A stretch of 64,000 nucleotides of DNA. It comes from Macrostomum lignano (lineage: Eukaryota). A program made the position numbers and the translations under genes. The notes beneath the pieces are model-generated. The model did not search any database and was not told the DNA's origin. It saw only the letters and a program-made list of their open reading frames with translations. The stretch lies in NCBI GenBank assembly GCA_002269645.1, contig NIVC01000162.1:372001-436000 (forward strand), in the 5' to 3' direction. Below are positions 46,646 through 59,215 of the stretch, one piece after another (positions within the stretch are counted from its first letter, which is position 1; each line of letters opens with the position of its first letter).

Positions 46646-49600
46646 GCCACCAATTTAAACAAATCACCTGGCATTCCATCGGATCTAATTGTTGTCATGG
46701 CAACAAGGCATTGCTCTGCTCCTATTCCAGCACACAGAGCAGATTCCCTAGCCAGGGCCACAGGGCCTGCCCAAACTGTGGCATTGTGGGGACTCTGGCT
46801 CCGCTCAGTGCAACCTCGGCATTTGTGCGTTGCTCCAACTGTCGCCAGTTCTTCATCAACAGGTCGACTGTTGCTGCAGCCACTTTTGATGACGTGGCAG
46901 GTGAACGGGCGGCAGCTGCTGCCGCTGCAGCTCGGACATTATCCAACATCATTGGGAGTCGGAGAATTCCTTATCCCAGGGAGGTGAGTTTGTTGCTAGG
47001 GCACTCCTTTATCGCTCAACTACTCTGGCGCCATTTCTCATTCTAAACGCCATTTTTTATTTTTAGCTCCATTTCTTATTCCATTCTCATTACATATCGG
47101 TAATATGTAATCTAGGTTTCGTACACCAATTATTTACATTGACGTCTGTTAAATAAAAATTATTAATAACTACATGTAACAATAGATACAGACTACTCAC
47201 AGTATAAACATGCAAAAACTTGCGTTAGATACGCGCCCACCTCGACCAGTACGTAGTGGGTCAGGAGTCCGCAAAGCGCCTGCTGAGTGTGCAGGCATAT
47301 GCACACTACCGCAGGCTGCAGCACAATCTGCTTGGCCCCGACAAGCCCGAAGATCAACTGGAATCACAGCTGACACCTCTTTCGAGTAAGATTTCGGTTT
47401 CGAATCTTTTTTCAGCATTCGTTGCTATACCGTGTATTTTTCGTGACCTTCACTTGTACCAGCAATTCTCACCCCTGCCTATATATTCTTCTAGAAGCAG
47501 CTGACGAATCAAAATTTCTATCTGCTTTGATGCAGCGGCAGCAGATGCCTGTTGATGGGATTAAAAAGTTCCTCTCATTTAGAGGTAAGCTTAGTTTATA
47601 AGCTAGTATTAGCTTATTATTATAATGCGAAATAAGCACTATAGCAGGTGTTACGGAGTGGCGCCAGCAGATATGTTACAGAGTGGCGTCAGCAGGTGTT
47701 ACAGAGTGGCGCCAGCAGATATGTTACAGAGTGGCGCCAGCAGGTGTTACAGAGTGGCGTCAGCAGGTGTTACAGAGTGGCGTCAGCAGATGTTACAGAG
47801 TGGCGTCAGCAAGTCTTACAATCCTGCCGCTCTCCCCTTTTCATCAGGCATTCTCCGGGCGTTTGGCTTTGAGCGGAAACAACAACCGCTGCAGTCGCCG
47901 CCGCAGTCTGCAAGAAGCCCAGTTCGGCTGTCCAAGAGCAACGTGCTGCTCATCGGTCCGAGCGGCTCCGGCAAGACCCAGCTGGTCCGCGCCCTGGCCC
48001 GCTCGCTCCGCGTACCCTTCGCCGCCTGCAGCTGCGCCGGCCTCACCCAGACAGGCTATTCCGGCGAGGGGGTCCAGTCGGCGCTCGCCGGCCTCTTGAG
48101 CGCCGCGGGCGGCTGTCCCAGCCGGGCTAGGACTGGCGTGCTGTTCTTGGACGAGATTGACAAACTGGCTTCGTCAGCGTCTTCTGGCTTAGCAGCGGCC
48201 GAGGTTCAAGGAGATGTCGGCGGCGTTGGCGTTCAGCGGGACCTGCTGCGTCTGCTGGACGGCGCGGAGGTCGGCGTGTGCACCGCCGGTGAGCGAGACG
48301 ATCTGGTGCAGCCCTTCGCACTGTGTGAATAGTAACTGATGGCTGTGTGAATAGTAGCTGTTGGCTGTGTGAATAGTAGCTGTTGGCTGTGTGAATAGTA
48401 GCTGTTGGCTGTGTGAATAATAGCTGTTGACTGTGTGAATAGTAGCTGTTGAATGTGTGAATAGTAGCTTTTTGGCTGCGTGAATAGTAGCTGTTGGTTG
48501 TGTGAATAGTAGCTGTTGGTTGTGTGAATAGTAGCTGTTGGTTGTGTGAATAGTAGCTGTTGGCTGTGTGAATAGTAGCTGTTGGCTGTGTGAATAGTAG
48601 CTGTTGGCGGTGTGAATAGTACCTGTTGGCTGTGTGAATAGTAGCTGTTGACTGCGTGAATAGTAGCTGTTGGTTGTGTGAATAGTAGCTGTTGGCTGTG
48701 TGAATAGTAGCTGTTGGCTGTGTGAATAGTAGCTGTTGGTTGTGTGAATAGTAGCTGTTGACTGCGTGAATAGTAGCTGTTGGCTGTGTGAATAGTAGCT
48801 GTTGGCTGTGTGAATAGTAGCTGTTGGCTGTGTGAATAGTAGCTGTTGGTTGTGTGAATAGTAGCTGTTGGTTGTGTGAATAGTAGCTGTTGGCGGTGTG
48901 AATAGTAGCTGTTTGGCTGTGTGAATAGTAGCTGTTGACTGCGTGAATAGTAGCTGTTGACTGCGTGAACAGTACATGTAGTTTCAACGACAATTACTGG
49001 ATACATGACTGTCTGTGTCCATAATAGAGCGAATCTGTCTGGCACACTTCAGTGCATCTGGACAAATGATAGGATATGATGCAGCTAACGTGTCCGCTGC
49101 CCGTCTTTAAACTATTGATAAGATTCGGCGAACACCGTTCAATTGGACACCAACGACATTCTGTTTGTGGCGTCGGGCACCTTCACCGGCCTCTCAGCTA
49201 TTGTTCGCCGTCGCGAGGCCAAAGCTGGCGCCGCCACCAATACCAATAGAGAGTATTTGGCCATCTCGAGCGACGAGGAGGTCAGCAGCGCTCTGGCGCG
49301 GATGCAGCCGCCTGACCTGGTGCAGTTTGGCCTGCTGCCCGAGCTGGTTGGCCGGCTGCCAGCCGTCGGGTTGCTCGCCAGCCTGCGCCCGGCCGAGCTG
49401 GCCCGCTGCCTCACCGAGCCGCGCGACTCGCTGGCCCGCCAGTACCACAGCCTGCTGGCCGCTGACGGCTGCCGGCTAGTGCTGGAGCCCGGCGCCGCTC
49501 TGGCAATCGGCGAGGCGGCCGCGCGGCGTGGACTGGGCGCCAGAGGCCTGCGAGCAATCTTTGAGGCCCTGCTAATCAAAGCGCGCTTTGAAGCGCCCGG

Positions 49601-49718
49601 CGCCGGACAGGCAAGCGAAGTGCGCCTCACTGCCAACTGCTGCCGGGTGCTGGGCGAGTCGGGTGCCGGCCTGCCTTTTCTTGGAAACGGCCCGATTAGA
49701 AGGGATCAGGACGATTAA
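46646..49718 (+). CDS. CLPX: Mitochondrial-type ClpX AAA+ chaperone, divergent, 5' end uncertain
   Basis: Exons 46646-46983, 47229-47385, 47495-47584, 47848-48288, 49123-49718 with consistent phases. C4 zinc finger CPNC...[12 protein letters not shown], Walker A GPSGSGKT, Walker [23 protein letters not shown]. Possible upstream exons 46390-46451 and 44629-44663. Confidence 0.92.
47646..47812. repeat. Short tandem repeat in ClpX intron
   Basis: Recurrent gttacagagtggcg(c/t)cagcag. Confidence 0.8.
48320..48968. repeat. 22-bp minisatellite, about 29 copies, ClpX intron
   Basis: Unit gctgtgtgaatagtagctgttg. Confidence 0.93.
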
Positions 49719-52700
49719 CTGAGAAAACCAAACTTAAGAAGAACACTAACCGCTAACTATAACGACGAAGTTATTTAATTTAATAATTGTGTTAATCTTG
49801 CCAACTATTTTATTTTCTTTACACAATTTTTGACATCAATTTCCAAACGTGCGTTTATTTTATTTTTATTTTTCTTAATTCCCTTTATTTTGCTACGAGT
49901 AGACGATATACTCTAAATGTTCGGTTCGGTTGAAGAACACTACAATAAAACTTTTAAAAATGCTATCGTGTGTTTTTTTGTTTTAAAGAACAAAGTTCCC
50001 TTTATCGAGATTTATCTAGTGGAAATCGTCAATACGAGCGTAATGTTGCAATTTTAGTTGCGTTTCCGAACTTCTGTACGAAGTCGAGAGGTGACCGCAT
50101 GCACAGAATTTAAACTGTCATTTAAATTTTATATAATGCTGCTCATATTTACATAAAAGCTCTACAAGAATCACGCAGTTCTAAAAGGGCCTGTTAACTC
50201 AAGCTCATAAAGTGGAGCCCGTGTAATCCATGTAGACAAATGATACGTCATTCAGCTCACAGTGACACCAGGAAGCATGGTTTAGGAAAAAAGCGACAAA
50301 AATTGGACTTGAAAATTACTATATTAACTGAAAGTATGGCTTACACGCAAATGTACTGAGCTGCCCATCTAGTTATTCTAGTAATTTGTGGTTTGTACGA
50401 AGCGACTATTAATAAATAAATTAGTTTCGAATTATAACATCTTTTGGACGCGCAGTACTTATATTTCAGCGCAGTAGTTTATCTTAAACTGTAGTGACCT
50501 CGGCTAGCATTAATTGATCCTTAGCGATACAATTAGAAAGATTTTAGGCTACTTTAGGCTAATTATACGTTTCTCCGCGAATTATCGGGTGGTGGCAGCG
50601 ATCTACTATTATAGTACTATATGCTCAGCAAATTTTAGTTTTTTATATATGGAAAGAGATTCTCTCCGTAGTGCAGGAGTCAGGAGTCGCCAACATTGCA
50701 ACAGGTTGCTCAGACAGATCAGGTTGGTTCATGGAGAAAGCACTAGACTCACTCAACCAAATGTAAAGGTAACATACAGCAAGTCTACCAGTTTCATTGT
50801 TTAAGTAAGGCCTCAGGTTTAGAGCTTAGAATGAAAGGCATATCATAAAATGCAGCTGAGAAGATCTCCCAAAGAAGTCCTGGCATGGCTGAAATTAAAG
50901 TGAAAAACATTTAACATATTTTACTTACATTTAAGTCTAAAAAACTTCTACTAAAGCAAGTTAAGAATTTATTGGTATATTAAATATACAATAGTATAAA
51001 AGGAAACACTCCTGCTAGGCATTTAAAGCCAGTTTGTAAACAATAAAATATATAATAAAATAATGCTTTATTCTAATTTTTTAAAAAGCAAATATATCAG
51101 GTTTTGCATTTTTAACTTTTAATATGTTCTAAGTTCTTAAAGCTCATAATGTGAGTTTTAAATGAAATAAATGTAACAAATAATGCAAATGAAAACATAT
51201 TGCAATTATACATTTTAAAGAACAGTGCAAGTCACATTTTATATAGCTTTTTACATTGCAAATTATATGAAACTAGAAAGTTTAAGTTTAAAAAAAGTTA
51301 TTACCTGTTTTACTTGCTACTTGTTAATTATTTAGCAATTTACATTATATATATACTTAAAAGTGCATAGTGATGGCTATAATAAACAGTATCATTATCA
51401 GTAATCATAAGGTAGATTATCACTTAGCTAAGGCCCAATGGCTTTTGTAAAAAAGCATATATCAGTTTCGAAGTAATTCTAAGCTGTAAAGCTGTACAAA
51501 ATTTTATATTTACATTATATTTTTATTACTACGTCATTAGCAAAAAATCAAATAGGCCTAAGACACGGACAGTTAAATATAAATAGCAATCTGAACTAGA
51601 CTACAAATTATGCCTCAGAACAAAAATATAGTTAAACAAGAGCGAGGGTGGATAAAGCTATTTTATAAAAAAACTTGATAGACACCTTTATTTGTCATTC
51701 TATTCAGTAAAATTATTTAAACCTCAGTCTCATGAGTCATTTGCCTATTCATAAGCCGTGGCTTATAAAACAAAGCATATATCTAGAATCCTCGATCGAT
51801 TATTGTTCATAAATTAGATAAGCAGAAAATTGATGCTAGACGTTTGCAATGCTTGAAATACAGAAGTCAGTAATCAATATCTAAATCTCATATTTAATTC
51901 AATCCAAAAAAGTTTGCTGATATTTCACATCCGTAAGAAGAACCAGGCCAAACATCAATAATAAAGTACTTATTAACATGAAACTGATAACTAAATTAAC
52001 GAGAGTATTTCAGAACACAAACAGGCGCGACGTAAACAAAGTAAGCAGTTTAACAAAATCCAGCTTAATATTTATTTAAAAAATATCTATTGCAATATTT
52101 ACCTAACTTTTTCAGATAAAAACTACTTTTACGGGTTTGTATAAAACATTTATTTTTAAAATACTATATTTAGTTTCTGATTCTGCGTCCGTACAGTTCC
52201 GTAAAAGTGAAGATTAACAAATGGGTAGGAAATTTATTAAGAGGTGTATTTTGTGCTTTAAAAATGTTTTTTTGAGACCACTTAACGGAAATATAAAAAT
52301 TGTATAAAAAAATTACCAATTAAAACAACAAATTTTTTTCTACATTTTCCGACTCCCCAGTTTTGACTTTAACCGGTTTGTTTCAATTGTTTGAAATGCC
52401 TCAAATCCAGCACCGCAGAAAAAAACTAAATTATCCTAAGAAACTAAAATATCCTTTATCTTTAATGCCTAATAATTGACAACAATCCTTACTTTTGATT
52501 TTTGTTATTGTCTGATCAATACCTATATGCATTCTGTTTTGACGTTGCAGAACTTTTTTCTGGAGATTAGTATTGAAATCCTGTCTCCCTGCCAGCGCTC
52601 CCCTGTGACGCCAACTTATTTTTCATCACCTACGGTATCAATCAAATTGCTATACATCAAGTTTATATTCATACAATACTTGTTTTTCAATTTCTTACTT

Positions 52701-53808
52701 AAATACTTTTTGCTTTGTTAATCGTTAAAGATCGTTTGAAGTTTCGTAGAAAAAATTTAGGCGCTTTTTCAAATACTATATTTTGCGAAACTCGAACGTA
52801 CTTATGCAGGAATATTTCCTTCTACTCTTGAATTACTATTTAGTTTGATTTATTGAAATTTATTAAATACATTGAAATATATTGGCCAAACAGGCTTCTT
52901 CAATAAAGATTAATAAAGACTAAATGTAGTTTATTTTATATACCAGTCAACATGTTTTTTATTTAAACATTTTTTTATATTCAATTCAATGCCAATAATT
53001 TTCATTATAGACAACCATTACAGCAAACTCTAGAAATTTGCGTAATCTGTAACTATAGCTGTAGGCTAAATAATTGCTATAGCCATAATTTCTAATAAAA
53101 ATATTGTTGCAAAAGTGCTGCTCCCATAATTTACCATAACCCATAACCATAATGATGGCAAAACACTATAGTCTAGACTAGAGATCTATACTTTCAAGAT
53201 AATCAAGATTAAGTGGCAGCCTAAGTAGCATCTATGAGGGCTATCCCAAAAGTAGTATTACTTTTCAATATATCTTCTTTGATGATTCAAATAATATAGT
53301 TTTAGGCAATTGCACAATTCTACAAATACAAATGTAATATTTGTTGGTTTCAAGATATAATGCTGAATTATGACATGAAAAAAATTGTATTAGTTTTTGG
53401 TCCTGAAATAACAAATTTAAATTATAGTTTATAGAAAAAAGTATCTAGAATTGTTTTTTTATATATAAGCAAATAAGATGTTTTAATAGGTATGATAGTC
53501 ATTTAGACATTATACTTGCAATAATATGCTTATATAGAGACAAAAATGCTTTTAAATTCCTGTGAATTTTGTTTGTCTAATCATCTGAAGTGTTTTTAAA
53601 AGATAAAATATATATCTATTATAAAATAAAAAATGGAACAATTTGCTTGTCTGGAATTTTTATATTCAACTTGTTTTACTATAATGGTCATAGTGTGATA
53701 GTTATAGCCTTTGGTGTTAGCAGTCAGTGAACTTTACAAAATTAGAGTGCAACTATACTGACTATCTCTATACATCATGGCAATAACCCATATGGAGCTG
53801 AAGCATAG

Positions 53809-54459
53809 GGTGCGTGGTCATTTCGTCAAATGACTTTAAAATAAGTAGCAAAATAAGTTTTATAAATGGCTGAAATTAATTTATAGTTTATTTTTAATAC
53901 TTATAATTTACTAGTAATTTTCAGATTTAGAATTAGATTTAGTCTTTTTATTTTTTATTTTGCTTATCGCAATGTTTCCAAGAAATACAATCATTCGTAT
54001 ATAATCTTTAATTGAATCTACGTAGTGAGCTGTGAATGGGATTTATAATTTGTGCGCGTGTAACTTACTTATAATAAGTAAAATAATTCCAACTCGACTA
54101 ATTGCTTTTGAGCTTTGAAGCTTTGAGACGGTTAAGAGATAGTATGGCGTCTGCCATATCATGATGAAAATGCATTGAATTCATTCAATTACGTAGTTTA
54201 ATAAATATTGTATTTTCTAATATTCAGGAAACAAAAATATTCAGAAATTACTTGTTTAAGTCATTACTACTAAGAAATGATCCCGATATCTTAATCACTA
54301 TTATCTCAAATATCTCAAATCTCAAATTAATGACAACAAACTGACATATTTAGACTTATTAAAACTTTACTATTCGTTGGCAGACGAAACGACTGTATCA
54401 TATTCTTGCAGATGAAAGGGTGGCAGACAAACTGGCAGTAGACGAAATGACCGTCAACC
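53809..54459. mobile_element. 651-bp non-autonomous DNA transposon with 8-bp TSD
   Basis: TIRs ggt....ggtcatttcgtc at both ends. aagcatag is duplicated at 53801-53808 and 54460-54467. Confidence 0.75.
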
Positions 54460-55439
54460 AAGCATAGGCCCTATAGCTATCTATAAACTATATTTATTTC
54501 AATCATTGCTCATTTGCATATTGCTTGAATATTGTTGACTGTTTATTCATCATATCAAATTGTATTCTGAATTGCATCAAGTCATAGCACCTTCTAGATC
54601 AGTCTGAACAATGATAGCAAGTCTTATAACAGACAACAGATTATATCACAATGATTATACTTGTTCAGGGCCTACAACTCTATCTGCTTTTGAATTTTAA
54701 ATTTTGCATTTTGGGTAAATGGCAGGAATAAATACAAGTATAACTATATTATTAAGGCCAAATGCCTCATCATCTAATTAGTACTGTGTAGATTACTTGT
54801 TTTTTTCCAGGTGAGCATTTTTGCAACATATTGTTTGGGCCCCTTGCCAACTAGCTAGATTGGTCAGCTTGGCTAGGTGTTGCGCATGTATGATCTTTGA
54901 AGTCCCTTTAGTCTGCCAAGGCACAAACTAAAAGAAAAATGTCTAGCTAAGAGTTTTATAGTCAAAGACATATATACCTTGGCATTTGGTACAAAAAATC
55001 CTATGATGATTGTAGCTAACTTCGTAGAGTTCTTTCTAATAGCCCATACAACATAATATAAACCAAATTTTATTAACTAAAGCTTAAAATTACATACAAA
55101 GAACTAAACTTTCATGTATTTTAAAGACAATAGGTCAAAAAAGCTACCTTTTTAGCTTTTTAATGATATAATAGCTGCATTGCAATTTTTCAACTTTAAA
55201 TCAAATATCTGTTGCCCTATAAATTCCATATTGGAAAACAAGATTGCAAGAGCTATAAAAGACCTATTTACAAGAGCTGCTTAATAAGTTCGCGGATAAT
55301 CCCATTTCCCTTTGCCCAATTCTCATAAAATTTGACACTTCCCCCAAATTTTCATAAAAGCTGTGCAAAATTTTAGCTTGATTGGCTAAAATGCTGTGAT
55401 GCAATGGCCAAAGAAGCAGTGAAACTCCGCAGGTTGCGC

Positions 55440-56499
55440 TGAGTCTCATTAATCGAGATAGACTAGTCGCAATTCTTGTCCAATTTCGTCTTGGCTTGTC
55501 CGCTTCTGAGTGCGTGCAGATGCTTCAAGCAGCCCTTGGCAATGAAGCCCCATCTCTGACAATGGTCCACAAGTGGTTTGCTTACTTTCGCTGCGGCTCT
55601 GTGTCTAAACAACAATGACTGGGAAGGTTGTACAAATGTAGCCATTACTGACACAACTGTGGCCGCTGTCTGGAGGCTGCTGGACGAGGACAGACACATA
55701 ACAGTTCGAGAGCTCGAGAAAAGTGTGGGGATTTCGGATTCAAGCATCGTTTCCATCTTGCACGATCACCTCGGCATGAGGAAGGTGTCTGCGCGCTGGG
55801 TCCCCCACAACCTGGACCCAAACCAGATGCGGGCTCGGGTCGAGTTCTCGAACTTCATGCTCGAAAAGTTCGACGCAGGAGCTTCAAAACTGGTGGATAA
55901 CATCATCACTGGTGACAAAACCTGGGTCTACTTGTATGACCAGAAACCAAAGAGCAGAGCCGGCAGTGGATCGCAAGAGAAGAGGACGCGCCCATCAAGT
56001 TTCGTCGCAAGCGAAGCATCGGGAAAGTCATGGTGGCAGTTTTCTTCAGATGATGCGGCATCCTGCCACCCGTGCTGCTCAAGGATGGCGCCACAGTGAC
56101 CGGTGAATGGTACTCAACCGTCTGTCTGCCACAAGTGCTCAAAAGTCTCGCTCAGCAGCGTCCAAAGACGAGAGAACGTGGGATTCTGCTGCATCACAAC
56201 AATGCACCTGCACACTGTGCCAGGGTGACCCAGCAGTTTCTCCAGTCGACTCAGCTGACGCTGCTGCCACATCTGGCTTACTTACCAGACCTCGCGCCCT
56301 CTGACTTTTTCCTCTTTCCCAGGATCAAGAAGAACTTGAAGGGAAAGCGATTTGGTTGCCGTCAAGAGCTGGAAAATGCGCTGAGAACTGAGCTGGAGAG
56401 TGTCTCACAGCTGGAATTGAGAGCTGTTTTAAAGCTTGGTTTCATTGCATGAAAAAATGCATGGAATTGGCTGGAAATTATGTTGAGAAACTTCATTAG
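55440..56499 (+). pseudogene. Mariner transposase pseudogene
   Basis: Fragments in several frames: KVSARWVPHNL, IITGDKTW, LLHHNNAPAH (catalytic D replaced by N), PDLAPSDFFLF, GNYVEK. Frameshifts and stops are present. Confidence 0.9.
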
Positions 56500-56590
56500 G
56501 TTACTGCTTATGCAGGTAAAATTTTGGGCAAATCAGATGAGCAGAAATGGGATTTTCCATGAACTTATTAAGTTATATAAGTTATAATTA

Positions 56591-58247
56591 CAGTCATGCA
56601 CAAAAGTAAGTACACCCCAAGCAAAAATTGAGAAAAACTGTTAAAATTTCTGAACCGTCAGCTGTATTACAACAAAACTGCATCACAATGATCCTTATTG
56701 ACTGGCATTTATTTTGACACATCAAGCTTTAAAAAACTCTTTGTGGCTACAGAGCTATGGCAAAAAATTCTCAAACACACCTGTGCAAAAGTAAGTACAC
56801 CCTGTCTTAATACTTTGTAGCTCCACCTCGTGCAGCCACCACAGCCAAGAGCTGCTTGCGGTAGCCATTCACCAGCGCAGCGCACCTCTCAGCGGGCACT
56901 TTCCGCCACTCCACGATGCAGAATTCGGCCAATTCCCGCAGATTCTTCGGCTTCCTCGCGTGAACCATCTTCTTGAGATCCGTCCACAGCATCTCAATCG
57001 GATTCAGGTCAGGGCTCTGGCTTGGCCACTCCATGACCTTGATGCGCCTCTGCTGCAGCCATCGCCGAGTTGCAGCGCTCGTGTGCTTGGGGTCATTGTC
57101 CTGCTGCAGTGTCCAAGCTCGTCCAAGACCGAGGTCATGCACTGATGGCTGCAGGTTTTCATCAAGGATCTGCTGATACACAGCCGAATTCATCTTCTCG
57201 GTGATGTGCATCAGCCTGCCGGTGCCAGCAGCTGCAAAGCAGCCCCACAGCATGATGCTGCCACCTCCGTGCTTGACTGTCGGCTTCAGGTGTTTCTGCT
57301 CAAATGCGGTGTTCGGCTTGCGCCACACGCGCTGCTTCTCATTCCTGCCGAACAGCTCAATCTTGGTTTCATCAGTCCAAAGCACTGACTGCCAGTAGCT
57401 GTCTGGCTTGCTCAGCATCGCATTAGCAAACTGCAGCCTGGCATCGCGATGTCGCTGCTGCAGCAGAGGCTTTTTTCTTGGAATGCAGCTGCGGAGGCCC
57501 GCGCGGTTCAGGGCTCGGCGAACAGTAGTCCTGTGCGGCAATAAGCCAGCTGCATTCAGCATCTGCTGCAGCTCGCCTGATGTTGCATTCGGGTTTTGGC
57601 TGACCTCTTGCGTGAGTTTGCGCAGCGCGCGAGCTGAAATTTTACTCGGCCGGCCACTGCGAGGCAGAGATGCTGTGGTGCCGTGCTGCTTGTACTTTGC
57701 GATGATGCGCCTAACTGTTGATACATGCACATTGAAGGCAGTCGATATCCGCTTGTAGCCATCGCCACTATTGTGAGCTGCTACAATGCGATTTCTTAAC
57801 TGAACTGACAGCTCCTGGCCTCTTGGCATTGTCCTGGCGTGTATCAAGTCAATGACGAAGCGGCTGCATTGCACATAAGCTTTATAGTAGCATGAAAACC
57901 AGTAGTTGAGCCGATTGAGGGCAAGGGCAAGCAGGACTAAAGTCGCTGGTGACGTAACAGGCAGTGAGGCGGCTGGCAATGTACTTATGGTGGCTCGCAT
58001 CTGCACAGAGGAGGTTATACTGGTAGTAAAGGGCAGGGTGTACTTACTTTTGCACAGGTGTGTTTGAGCATTTTTTGCCATAGCTCCGTAGCCACAAAGA
58101 GTTTTTCAAAGCTTGATGTGTCAAAACAAATGCCAGTCAATAAGGATCATTGTGATGCAGTTTTGTTGTAATACAGCTGACGGTTCAGAAATTTTAACAG
58201 TTTTTCTCAATTTTTGCTTGGGGTGTACTTACTTTTGTGCATGACTG
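56591..58247 (-). mobile_element. Tc1-family transposon, 1657 bp, IR/DR-type 214-bp TIRs, TA TSD
   Basis: TIRs 56591-56804 and 58034-58247 with 4 mismatches seen by eye. The direct repeat caaaagtaagtacacc occurs at the outer and inner end of each TIR. TA on both sides. Confidence 0.97.
56807..57829 (-). CDS. Intact Tc1 DD34E transposase, 340 aa
   Basis: Starts MPRGQEL at 57829. Paired-like N-terminus, GRP motif, WTDETK, QQDNDPKH then exactly 34 residues to E in SPDLNPIE, ends GGATKY. Confidence 0.95.
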   Translation of the reverse strand: MPRGQELSVQLRNRIVAAHNSGDGYKRISTAFNVHVSTVRRIIAKYKQHGTTASLPRSGRPSKISARALRKLTQEVSQNPNATSGELQQMLNAAGLLPHRTTVRRALNRAGLRSCIPRKKPLLQQRHRDARLQFANAMLSKPDSYWQSVLWTDETKIELFGRNEKQRVWRKPNTAFEQKHLKPTVKHGGGSIMLWGCFAAAGTGRLMHITEKMNSAVYQQILDENLQPSVHDLGLGRAWTLQQDNDPKHTSAATRRWLQQRRIKVMEWPSQSPDLNPIEMLWTDLKKMVHARKPKNLRELAEFCIVEWRKVPAERCAALVNGYRKQLLAVVAARGGATKY

Positions 58248-59215
58248 TATAAGCAGCCCTCATATAGCAAAAAATATGCCTCCATGGCTTATCAAATGCC
58301 CAGGGAATAAAATTATATTTACTCCTTAAAATGTATATATCAAGGTCTAGAGTTATATGTGTATACATTAGGAGCAAAAATTCCTATGAAAACAAGTAGC
58401 TATTGAGAAAAAAGTATAATTATACATAAATATACATGTTTAACTAACTTAAAAACATAAAGTTTTCACTAGTCAATAAAGTTTTAATTTTTGGTCTTGT
58501 GGTAATCTACTAATGGAATTGCCCTTTAGCACAGTTTTATAGTGGCAATTCTCTTCTTTATATAAACTTTAATATCTTTTAAATCAGACAATGGAAACAA
58601 AAGTTACAAACTAAAATGTAGTAGCAGTTTGACTATAGACCTATAGTAAGTTAACAAGCTAGAAAAGTTTTGAAGTGGAAGCTGATAAATGGGTAACTGG
58701 CTGCAGTAAATGTGTAAAAATGACTATAGTAAGTAATTGCATTAGACCCATGCGCTAATAAAAATTGCGCATAAATCTTGGCTACACTTTGCTCTATCCT
58801 CCAAAGGGTATAAATCTCACTCCCCTGAGCAACACTTGAATGCAAATCTATGATTTTTGATGCAACAAAAATGGGGAACAAAAAGCAATGAAGCTGAAGC
58901 CCAATGGGAAATATTCTACTGCTTTAAAAGTTTTATGGTTCTATAAGTTTTTCCATAGATCTCTCTTTGAATCAAAGTTGATTCTTATAAATCAAAAGTC
59001 ATAAGTCCTCTTTGACGACAGGTACAAAGCCATCATAAACAGCAGTACATTTAGAACTTTTTTACAAGTTTATTACCACTATAAAATTATGCTATTGCAA
59101 TGACAATATGGATTATCTGATATGCTTCAGCCAATCATAATTACTTTTTTTCTACTTGCATGAGCAATTTCCGCTGAGCTTTTGTTTTACTTAAATTGCT
59201 TAATTAGTTGAAGCA

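Larger units (their letters stand above)
55271..58262 (+). mobile_element. Decayed mariner (DD34D) element with its right TIR interrupted by a Tc1 element
   Basis: Left TIR TA-caagagctgcttaataagttc. The right TIR is split: gaacttat at 56561 and taagcagccctca-TA at 58250-58264. Confidence 0.85.

Noticed and set aside
50000-53200. AT-rich region scanned for exons or element remnants
   Set aside because: Only short ORFs with frequent stops; nothing supportable.
53233-53260. Mariner-like end TA-tgagggctatcccaaaagt
   Set aside because: No partner TIR or transposase remnant found; recorded only as a solo fragment.
57830-58081. 84-aa N-terminal extension of the Tc1 ORF in the supplied track
   Set aside because: It starts inside the TIR; the family-typical start is MPRGQEL at 57829, giving 340 aa.
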